From Deltaproteobacteria bacterium (GTDB lineage: Bacteria > Desulfobacterota > Syntrophia > Syntrophales > UBA2210): DNA of 62,009 nucleotides. The position numbers and the translations under genes are program-made. Within the stretch, counting starts at the first letter, position 1. Each line of letters begins with the position of its first letter. The stretch is taken from the NCBI GenBank assembly GCA_026388515.1, contig JAPLJO010000032.1, positions 1-62,009 of the forward strand, written 5' to 3'. Positions 45,481-53,731 of the stretch are shown one piece after another. A model generated the notes under the pieces. That model was given only the letters and a program-made list of their open reading frames with translations. It ran no database searches and was not told the DNA's origin.

Positions 45481-46518
45481 ATGATAAAGACAGGCATATA
45501 CGGGGCGAGCGGTTATACCGGCCAGGAGTTGCTCCGGCTTCTTCTCCGCCATCCCGGGGTGAAGGTCGCGGCCGTGACGTCGCGCACGTACAAGGGGAAA
45601 AAGGTTGCCGATGTGTTCCCCGCATTCAGGAATCTCACGGACCTTCAGTTCATGGACGCCTCTCCGGATGAGACGGCATCCCGGTGCGATGTCGTCTTTA
45701 TCGCCCTTCCTCATGGGGACGCCATGGCCGCCGCAGTTGTCTTCCATCGTGCGGGGGTAAAGGTGATCGATCTCAGTGCGGATTTCCGGCTCCGCGACGT
45801 GAAGGTGTACGAGAAGTGGTATGCACCCCACACCGCACCGGAGCTTCTTGCCGATTCCGTCTACGGACTTCCCGAGTGCTACCGGGATGCAATCAGGAAG
45901 GCGAAACTCGTGGCAAACCCCGGCTGTTACCCCACGAGCGTGATTCTGGGGCTGGCGCCGCTTGTTAAAGGAACGCACGCCGATCTTTCATCCATCATTG
46001 TTGATTCCAAGTCGGGGGTGAGCGGGGCGGGGCGCACACCGGAGCTCGGCATGCTCTTCTGCGAAGTCAGCGAAGGATTCAAGGCGTATAAAATAGGCGT
46101 CCACCGCCACGCACCGGAGATGGAGCAGGAACTGAGCGCCCTCGCGGGAAGCAACGTGTCCGTCGTCTTTGTCCCCCATCTCATTCCCGTAAACCGCGGC
46201 ATTCTGAGCACGATGTACGTATCACTCAAGGTGAAAAAGTCCGCCGCGGAACTCATCGGGATATACCGGGAATTTTACCGGGATGAGCCCTTTGTGCGGG
46301 TGTACGACGAGGGTTCCTTCCCTTCCATTGCATCGGTGAGGGGCTCCAATTTCTGCGATATCGGGCTTGCCGTCGATACGCGGTCAGGCCGGGCGATTGT
46401 CATGTCGTGCATCGACAATCTGGTGAAGGGAGCCGCCGGGCAGGCGATACAGAATATGAATATCATGTGCGGGTTCGACGAAGGCATGGGGCTTGACGCG
46501 GTGCCTCTGTTTCCGTAA
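45481..46518 (+). CDS. argC: N-acetyl-gamma-glutamyl-phosphate reductase
   Basis: GASGYTGQELLRLL and NPGCYPTS active-site Cys. Confidence 0.93.
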   Translation: MIKTGIYGASGYTGQELLRLLLRHPGVKVAAVTSRTYKGKKVADVFPAFRNLTDLQFMDASPDETASRCDVVFIALPHGDAMAAAVVFHRAGVKVIDLSADFRLRDVKVYEKWYAPHTAPELLADSVYGLPECYRDAIRKAKLVANPGCYPTSVILGLAPLVKGTHADLSSIIVDSKSGVSGAGRTPELGMLFCEVSEGFKAYKIGVHRHAPEMEQELSALAGSNVSVVFVPHLIPVNRGILSTMYVSLKVKKSAAELIGIYREFYRDEPFVRVYDEGSFPSIASVRGSNFCDIGLAVDTRSGRAIVMSCIDNLVKGAAGQAIQNMNIMCGFDEGMGLDAVPLFP

Positions 46519-46610
46519 AGAGAAGGGCGCCCTTTGCGCGTGCCCGTGCGTCGGCAGGGGGTTTCCCCGGCGGCCGGTCATGCGGCGATGCGGCAGGGCG
46601 GAAAGAACAA

Positions 46611-48095
46611 ATGGGACTCAGGTTCTACAATACGCTCACAAGAACAAAGGAAGAATTTCAGCCCCTTGAAAAGGGCAAGGTGGGCATGTACGTCTGCGGC
46701 ATCACTGCCTATGATGTCTCTCACGCGGGGCATGCGCGCTCTGCGATCGTCTTTGATATCATTTACAAGTATCTGAAATACCGTGGGTACGCCGTCACTT
46801 TCGTGAAGAACTTCACCGATGTGGACGACAAGATAATCGCAAAAGCCGGCACCGCGGGCGTTGCGATTGCCGAAATCGCGGAGCGCTTTATCCTTGCCTA
46901 TAACGAAGACATGGACAGGCTGAGGGTGGCGCGCCCCACCGTCGCACCCAGGGCCACGGAAAATATCAAACGCATGATACGGCTGGTGGAAACGCTTATT
47001 GAAAAAGGATTTGCCTATGCCACCAATGGTGACGTGTATTTTTCGGTGGATGCCTTTTCGGAATACGGCAAGCTCTCCGGCCGGAACCTCGATGACATGA
47101 TGGCAGGGGCCCGTGTGGAGATAGACGAAAAGAAAAAGAATCCCCTCGATTTTGCCCTCTGGAAGGCGAGCAAGGAAGGGGAGCCCTGGTGGGACAGCCC
47201 CTGGGGGCCCGGACGGCCGGGCTGGCATATAGAATGTTCCGCCATGAGCCAGCGCTACCTCGGGGAGACCTTCGACATCCACGGCGGCGGCGAGGACCTC
47301 ATCTTCCCCCACCACGAGAACGAAATCGCCCAATCCGAGTGCGCCACGGGGAAACCCTTCGCCCGCTACTGGATTCACAACGGTTTCATCAGGGTCAACA
47401 GCGAGAAGATGTCCAAGTCGCTGGGTAATATCTTCACCATAAGGGAAATCCTCGACCAGTATCATCCCGAGGTCCTGCGGTTCTTCCTGCTTCAGAGCCA
47501 CTACCGAAGCTTCATCGATTTTTCCGACGAGGGACTCATCGATGCGCGGGCCGGCATGGACCGGTGCTATGCAACGCTTGGGCGGATAAAGGAAGCGCTC
47601 GCGAACTGGCGCAATAACGGGAACGGCATCACCGAGAGGAAGCTTCAGGGCGCGGATGAAGAAATGTGGGGAAAGGTAAAAGCCGTTCCCGAACGGTTCA
47701 TCGAGGCCATGGACGACGATTTCAATACGGCCCGCGCCATGGGCCACGTCTTTGATCTGATACGGCTCATAAATGGATACCTGGACGGTGCGCAGGCAAC
47801 GCCGGAAACGGAGACGCTTGACGTCCTCAACGAGGCCCGGAAGGCGATTCACGGAACGGGTAAAGTGCTGGGACTCTTTCTTGAAGATCCCGATGAGTAC
47901 TTCGGGGAGGACAAAAAGAGAGAGGCGCGCAAACGGGGGCTCGATATAGGCGAGATTGAGAGGCTGATTGCGGAGAGAAGGGAGGCCCGCGCCGCGAAAA
48001 AGTGGAAACGCGCCGACGAGATTCGGGATTACCTTGCCGGGAAGGGAGTGGTCCTCAAGGACACACCCGCCGCCACCACCTGGAAGATTCAATAG
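46611..48095 (+). CDS. cysS: Cysteine--tRNA ligase
   Basis: [16 protein letters not shown] (HIGH-type) and KMSKSLGN. Confidence 0.95.
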   Translation: MGLRFYNTLTRTKEEFQPLEKGKVGMYVCGITAYDVSHAGHARSAIVFDIIYKYLKYRGYAVTFVKNFTDVDDKIIAKAGTAGVAIAEIAERFILAYNEDMDRLRVARPTVAPRATENIKRMIRLVETLIEKGFAYATNGDVYFSVDAFSEYGKLSGRNLDDMMAGARVEIDEKKKNPLDFALWKASKEGEPWWDSPWGPGRPGWHIECSAMSQRYLGETFDIHGGGEDLIFPHHENEIAQSECATGKPFARYWIHNGFIRVNSEKMSKSLGNIFTIREILDQYHPEVLRFFLLQSHYRSFIDFSDEGLIDARAGMDRCYATLGRIKEALANWRNNGNGITERKLQGADEEMWGKVKAVPERFIEAMDDDFNTARAMGHVFDLIRLINGYLDGAQATPETETLDVLNEARKAIHGTGKVLGLFLEDPDEYFGEDKKREARKRGLDIGEIERLIAERREARAAKKWKRADEIRDYLAGKGVVLKDTPAATTWKIQ

Positions 48096-48139
48096 AAAAA
48101 CCTGCCCACACATCCGCGGGCTCTCTTTGTGAGTCGGTT

Positions 48140-48625
48140 CTACGGGCGGTTCTGCTCGATGCGTATCTCCGTAATTTCCACGGTTCTTGTTCCCCGCGGT
48201 GTCTTGACGGTCACCACGTCGCCCTCCCGTTTTCCGATGAGCGCCTTGCCCAGGGGCGAGGTGACGGAAATCTTATTTTCGCCGACGTTGGACTCCAGCG
48301 GCCCCACGAGCTGGTAGGTGAAGGTTTCACCGCTTCCATCTTCTTCAAAGGTCACCGTGGCGCCGAAGACCACGCGCTCATTGGTGATGCGGCTGAGATC
48401 GATGACGTGTGCATGCGCCAGATTGTTTTCTATTTCCTGAATTTTTCCCTGAATGAATGACTGCCGCTCTTTTGCCGCGGCAAACTCGGCGTTTTCCGAT
48501 ATGTCGCCGTGGGCCCTCGCCACTTCGATTTCCTTTATGTTCTGCGGAACGAGCACCATCTTGATGTGTTCAAGTTCCTTCTTGAGTTTTTCGTATCCGG
48601 CACGTGTAATGGGAATTTGTGTCAT
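48140..48625 (-). CDS. greA: Transcription elongation factor GreA
   Basis: MTQIPITRAGYEKLKKELE... and SVTSPLGKALIGK. Internal ATG chosen (the track ORF extends to 48667). Confidence 0.93.
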   Translation of the reverse strand: MTQIPITRAGYEKLKKELEHIKMVLVPQNIKEIEVARAHGDISENAEFAAAKERQSFIQGKIQEIENNLAHAHVIDLSRITNERVVFGATVTFEEDGSGETFTYQLVGPLESNVGENKISVTSPLGKALIGKREGDVVTVKTPRGTRTVEITEIRIEQNRP

Positions 48626-48680
48626 GTCGACTCCTTGCAAGACCGCCGGAACTGGTTCCGCCGGCACCTGGTTTTATTCT

Positions 48681-49252
48681 TCACCCGGCCCGGTCCCGGA
48701 ACGGCGGGGGCTTTGCCTCGGGATCAAAATTCGTGCGGGCGTAGACGAGAAAGAAATCGGCCCCTCGCCGCCCACGATAAAGCGTTTCTACCCGTTGAGC
48801 AGAAAGTAATCCCCCTTATCTTCCACCCGCGCCGTGGCGCCGAAGAAATCGGAACCGCCCCTCGGTTCAGTGAGACACTCGGCGGCAAACCGCTCGCCCT
48901 TCAGGAGCGGGACCACGTAGTTTTCTTTCTGCGCGTCCGTGCCGTGCTGGATGATGGCATCGCAGACCAACTCCGCGCCAACGCCGAAGACGCAGGCGAA
49001 TTCATAGCCCAGGGTGCCCACCTCTTCCATCACCGTGCAGGTGGTGCCCCAGTCCATATCGCGCCCGCCCCACTTTTTCGGGTAACGGCACCCCAGGAGA
49101 TTCCGCCGTCCGGCCTCTCGGAGAAACTCCTTGGGAAACTTGATGATGTCCTTATCCATGTCAAGAATCATCTGCCGCGGGACCCATTTGACGAGGTCCC
49201 TGGCTTCGTCGCGTATGGCGCGCTGTGTATCGGTCAAGAGATGATCGAACAT
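48681..49252 (-). pseudogene. Truncated/decayed acyl-CoA dehydrogenase (N-terminal half only)
   Basis: 154-aa ORF with ACAD N-terminal and middle-domain features (CLTEPRGGSDF...YFLLNG), then an in-frame TAG (48788-48790). KRFIVGGE continues, followed by a frameshift near 48760 into GADFFLVYARTNFDPEAK and a stop at 48681. No C-terminal helical domain is present before greA. Confidence 0.6.
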
Positions 49253-49611
49253 CGCCGTCTCCTCCGTTCTCTATGCGTGTGGTGTTCGTGAATGAAAAAA
49301 GCGCCGGGTTCCCTGTATGAGAGCGGTGCCGACGCTGCGGGCCGCGCCTTGCGGTGCGACCGTGTTTTTATGGGAGGTACAATACCAGTTTGTCCGGTTG
49401 TTGTAAAGAAGAAGCTCGATTCCGTGAAGAGACCCTCATTACGGCACAGGTCATGGCCGGGGTCCATGTTTTTCTTGAATCTTCCCGGACCATCTGTTAT
49501 CACCCCTGCGTAATCAATACCGGAGTGAATCCGCGTTATTCACGAACACAGCGTCGGCGTTTCCGGGCAACATCACGGTGCTATGCCGCCTGATCAGACG
49601 AAAGGAAACAC

Positions 49612-51066
49612 ATGCTGAAATCGATCGAAGGGAGCCCGCTCTATCCTATCGTCAATCCCCGCAGTGTGGTCTTCTTCGGGGCATCGAACAGGGCCTCGGC
49701 CATGGGGACATCCCAGCTCCTCTCACTGAAGGTGCTGGGATACCAGGGGGCCGTCTATCCCGTTCACCCGAAGGAAACCACCGTACAGGGACTGCCCGCC
49801 TACCGGCATATCAGGGACATCCCGGAAATACCCGACCTCGCGGTGATTGTCCTTACGGCGCCGCTTGCCTGCGAAGCCCTTGAGGAATGCGCCGAAGCGG
49901 GGATGAAATCCGCCATCGTCATTTCCGGTGGATTCAGGGAGGCAGGCCCTGAAGGCGCCGCGATGGAACGCCGTCTCGTGGAGACGGCAAAGACCCACGG
50001 CATGCGGTTTCTGGGGCCGAACTGCATCGGTGTTGCCAATCCTCACCAGCAGGTGAATACGACATTTCTCAGGTACGAGGGAAACCCCGGGTTCATCGGC
50101 CTGGCGTCCCAGAGCGGAAGTTACGTCACCCAGATGTTCCACTACCTCTCACAGTTCAGTCTCGGGTTCAGCGCAGCCTTCAGTGTGGGGAACGAGGCGA
50201 ACGTGGATATCGTGGACTGCATGGAATACCTCGGCGCCTGCCCTCACACACGGGTGATCGCCCTCTATATCGAGGCGATACGGCGGGGACGGGAGTTCGT
50301 GGAGGTGGCGCGCTCTATTGTCCCCCATAAGCCCATCGTGGCCTACTATGCAGGCGGGTCGGAAATGGGGAGACGTGCCGGCTTTTCCCATACCGGCGCC
50401 ATGGCCGGGCCCGACCGCCTCTACGACGGCGTGTTCCGCCAGAGCGGCGTCCTGCGCGCGCAGTCCATGACGGAGCTTTTCGATTTCTGCATGGCGCTGG
50501 GTAACCTTCCTCCGCCGGCGGGAAGGAGGGTCATGATACAGACCCATTCGGGCGGGCCCGGGGCTGCCGCCGCTGATGCCTGCGGACGTGCGGGGCTGGA
50601 ACTTCCGGAAGTCTCGCGCAATGCCGTGGAAAAACTCTCCCCCTACATCCCTCCCACGGGGAGCACCGCAAATCCGCTGGATATCACCTACAGCAGGAAC
50701 GTCATGGACTATTTTCTAAAAATTCCCAAGGTGCTGCTCGCGGATGACGCTATCGACATCTTTCTCTTCTATATTCTCATGCCTTCGGATATGGTGAGAG
50801 CGTCGTTCCGCGACTTGGGTGTTCCCAGCGAAGAAGTGGAAGAAAAAAGCGAGAGCTTCCTGAATAACCTGAGCTCCTACGTGGCGCACCTGAGAGAGGA
50901 GTACGGGAAACCCCTCGTGGGATTTACTTACCGGAGCTTCAATGAACGCTTTGTCGCCGGACTTCTGGAGCAGGGCATTCCCGTCTATGCGGGACCGGAG
51001 CGGGCCATACGGGCGATACAGGCGCTGGTGCGGTACCATGAGATCAAGAGTAAGATCAGGAATTAA
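49612..51066 (+). CDS. Acyl-CoA synthetase (NDP-forming) alpha-type / CoA-binding protein, 484 aa
   Basis: PRSVVFFGAS...VYPVHPK...LAVIVL (CoA-binding), then ISGGFREAG and FLGPNCIGV (succinyl-CoA-ligase-like). Confidence 0.75.
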   Translation: MLKSIEGSPLYPIVNPRSVVFFGASNRASAMGTSQLLSLKVLGYQGAVYPVHPKETTVQGLPAYRHIRDIPEIPDLAVIVLTAPLACEALEECAEAGMKSAIVISGGFREAGPEGAAMERRLVETAKTHGMRFLGPNCIGVANPHQQVNTTFLRYEGNPGFIGLASQSGSYVTQMFHYLSQFSLGFSAAFSVGNEANVDIVDCMEYLGACPHTRVIALYIEAIRRGREFVEVARSIVPHKPIVAYYAGGSEMGRRAGFSHTGAMAGPDRLYDGVFRQSGVLRAQSMTELFDFCMALGNLPPPAGRRVMIQTHSGGPGAAAADACGRAGLELPEVSRNAVEKLSPYIPPTGSTANPLDITYSRNVMDYFLKIPKVLLADDAIDIFLFYILMPSDMVRASFRDLGVPSEEVEEKSESFLNNLSSYVAHLREEYGKPLVGFTYRSFNERFVAGLLEQGIPVYAGPERAIRAIQALVRYHEIKSKIRN

Positions 51067-51140
51067 CAAAATGGAATCAAATCCTGCTGATCGGGTATCT
51101 TTTTCGGCGTCAATAATCAGCTTTTCTGTAGTGAGGTGAG

Positions 51141-52340
51141 TTGCCGGTGAATGAATCCGCAGGTGGACGTCTCATTATCTATTTTGACAATGCCGCCACG
51201 TCATTTCCAAAGCCTCCCGGCGTGATCGATGCCGTGGTGCATTTCATGACAAGCGCGGGAGGGAATCCCGGCCGGTCGGGGCACCCGCTCTCCGTGGCCG
51301 CGGGCGAGATCGTCTTTGCCGCCCGGAAGGCGGTGGCGCGCCTTTTCGGTGTGGCCAATCCGATGCATGTCATATTCACCGCGAACGCCACCACCGCACT
51401 CAATCTTGCGATCCAGGGCATCACCCGCCAGGGCGATCACGTCATCACCACCTCGATGGAGCACAACAGCGTCATCCGTCCCCTCGTGGAAATGGAACGC
51501 CAGGGCAGAATCATCCTTTCCATCGTTCCCTGCTCGCCGGAGGGAATCATCGACATGAGGGCCCTTGAAAAGACGGTCATGGCGGAAACGCGCGTCATGG
51601 TCGTCAATCATGCCTCGAATGTCGCCGGTACGGTGCAGCCCCTCGTAGAAATCGGGGCCTTCTGCAGAAAGCGCGGCATCATCCTCATTGCCGATTGTGC
51701 CCAGTCGGCGGGCATCATCGATATCAGCGTGGAAGAAGAGTGCGTGGACCTTCTCGCCTTTTCAGGACACAAGGGGCTCTACGGACCCACCGGCACCGGG
51801 GGGCTTGTCATTGCCGAAAACTTCGATGCGTCCCGGCTCTCGCCTCTTATCTTCGGGGGGACGGGAAGCTTCTCCGACAAGCCGGTTCAGCCGCCTTTCC
51901 TGCCGGACCGTTTCGAGAGCGGTACGCTGAACGCCGCCGGAATCAGCGGCCTCGGGGCCGGCATTTCCTATCTCCTTGATGCATACCCCGGCGGCCTCAA
52001 GGGTGTGAGGGTGCACAAGGAACGACTCGTCAATTGCTTCCATGAAAAGGCCGCACGGGACCTGAAGGGATATATCGCCTGTGTGCCGGCACCGCAGGTG
52101 AAAACCGGTGTCGTCTCCTTCAACCTCCGCATGCGGTCGCCCTCCGAGGTGGCGAGGATACTCGCCGGGGAGTACGGCATCATGTCCAGGGCGGGTCTTC
52201 ACTGCGCACCCCTTGCCCACCGGACCATGTCAACCTTTCCCCACGGCACGGTCCGCTTCGGCTTCGGCATTTTTAATACAGAGGAAGAAATCGGGATCGC
52301 CGTCTCGGCACTCAAAGCCATAGAGGAGAGGAACGACTGA
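51141..52340 (+). CDS. Class V aminotransferase, cysteine desulfurase family (TTG start)
   Basis: YFDNAATSFPKP and FSGHKGLYGPTGTGGL (PLP-Lys). 399 aa. Confidence 0.8.
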   Translation: MPVNESAGGRLIIYFDNAATSFPKPPGVIDAVVHFMTSAGGNPGRSGHPLSVAAGEIVFAARKAVARLFGVANPMHVIFTANATTALNLAIQGITRQGDHVITTSMEHNSVIRPLVEMERQGRIILSIVPCSPEGIIDMRALEKTVMAETRVMVVNHASNVAGTVQPLVEIGAFCRKRGIILIADCAQSAGIIDISVEEECVDLLAFSGHKGLYGPTGTGGLVIAENFDASRLSPLIFGGTGSFSDKPVQPPFLPDRFESGTLNAAGISGLGAGISYLLDAYPGGLKGVRVHKERLVNCFHEKAARDLKGYIACVPAPQVKTGVVSFNLRMRSPSEVARILAGEYGIMSRAGLHCAPLAHRTMSTFPHGTVRFGFGIFNTEEEIGIAVSALKAIEERND

Positions 52341-52343
52341 TCC

Positions 52344-52577
52344 ATGGCGCGCCATGCGGTAATCCTCTTCTTTTCCACCAATTACGCCATCTGGGCCTCC
52401 GATGAACTGAAGCGCGCGGGGATTCCCTTCAAGATGATTCCCGTTCCCCGGCACCTGAGTTCCGACTGCGGCGCCTGTCTCCGTGTTGAGAAGGCTGATA
52501 CGGGGCGCGTCGAGGCGCTCCTCAAGGCGCAGTCAATCGACTATGACCGGTGCGAAGACCTTCCGGCGTCTCAGTAG
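52344..52577 (+). CDS. DUF3343 / putative Se-S carrier-like small protein, 77 aa
   Basis: AVILFFSTNYAIWASDELKRAGIPFKMIPVPRHLSSDCGACLRV matches the DUF3343 pattern. It starts 3 nt after the desulfurase stop. Confidence 0.7.
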   Translation: MARHAVILFFSTNYAIWASDELKRAGIPFKMIPVPRHLSSDCGACLRVEKADTGRVEALLKAQSIDYDRCEDLPASQ

Positions 52578-53611
52578 ATGTAAGAAATCATGATCGATCC
52601 GAAATGGTGGTTTCCGTCCTGTCCCTCGAATTCTCGTGTTCTCGTGACCTGCGCGTAGGAGAGCATGAAGCGGTACCAGGTGAGACAGATTCCCGTGGTG
52701 AGGTCCGCCACAAAGAGATTCTTCTCCACATTATTGCTTTTCGTGAAGGTGTTCCCGTCGAGAAAGACATCCCGGAGCACGAGACGTCCTTCCACCGACG
52801 CGAAGGCGTAGAGGCTGAAAGGGTAGTTTTCCGAGAGCCTGGGGTCATGTGAGTCTGCGGGTGCGCTCGTACCGCCCGCGGGCCGGATGAGCGACGTGCC
52901 GAAATCATAGGGAATACTCCAGCCGGCCCTCGCTTCAATGCCCGTCGAAACACAGGTCAGTACGTTTCCCGCGGCACCGCCCAGGTATGTAATCGCGTCG
53001 ATATCAAACTCCTCTGTCAGGCCGGTACGGAAAAACCGGTACTTCCGCTCGCCGGTGATGACAAGGCCCGGTTCATTTCTCAACTGGTTGTCCCAGCCGT
53101 TCGGTATATCGACGTGTTTTATTTTGTGGACAAGCCGCTGGGTATTTTCAGCGTAAGACTGGGGGCCGATAATGCCGAGTGCGAATTCAAGCGAATCCAG
53201 GCGCCGGTCGTTTTTGCTGTGGAAGCCGGTACTGAGATAGGTCCATCCCGCATAGGGGCGGTCATCGGTGACGAGGTCATGACGGTACGTGTCTTCCGGT
53301 GTGTACATGTTCTGTCCGATGGAGAAAGAAATGTTGTGGAGGAGCCCCGGTTCGTTGATGAAGGGAAGTTTTTCAATGACGGGAAGAATCCACCCTGGGA
53401 GTTTTCCTGCTTCGGCGAAGCTTACGAGGTCCCTGGATACCCAGGTGAGCTTCACACCGTTGGTATAGTGTTCATCCGTTCCCGAGAAAAGGTCGTTTTC
53501 AAGGTAGAAGCTGAGTGTATGGGCCTCTTCCAGCTTTACCGCCGCCGCCGGCCCCGTGAGGAGTCCCGTCACCGCGAGTACGAGAAGCACAAGGACGCGT
53601 ATTTTTTTCAT
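52571..53611 (-). CDS. lpxR: Lipid A deacylase LpxR-family outer membrane protein
   Basis: Signal peptide MKKIRVLVLLVLAV, then FYLENDLFSGTDEHYTNGVKLTW. Internal ATG chosen (the track ORF extends to 53716). The 3' end overlaps the convergent DUF3343 gene by 7 nt. Confidence 0.75.
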   Translation of the reverse strand: MKKIRVLVLLVLAVTGLLTGPAAAVKLEEAHTLSFYLENDLFSGTDEHYTNGVKLTWVSRDLVSFAEAGKLPGWILPVIEKLPFINEPGLLHNISFSIGQNMYTPEDTYRHDLVTDDRPYAGWTYLSTGFHSKNDRRLDSLEFALGIIGPQSYAENTQRLVHKIKHVDIPNGWDNQLRNEPGLVITGERKYRFFRTGLTEEFDIDAITYLGGAAGNVLTCVSTGIEARAGWSIPYDFGTSLIRPAGGTSAPADSHDPRLSENYPFSLYAFASVEGRLVLRDVFLDGNTFTKSNNVEKNLFVADLTTGICLTWYRFMLSYAQVTRTREFEGQDGNHHFGSIMISYIY

Positions 53612-53731
53612 GGCATGACCCGGAAGCGCTTTTATCACACGGCAGATGAGAAGCCCGCCGCCGCCATTACTTCTCGCCGCCAGCGATTTGACGGCGTTGC
53701 AGAAAGGCAGGAACACGTCACACTGTGGCGA

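Noticed and set aside
46578-48113. 511-aa minus-strand ORF covering all of cysS.
   Set aside because: It is antisense to a clearly functional cysS (HIGH and KMSKS motifs). There are no motifs and no SD, so it is a shadow ORF.
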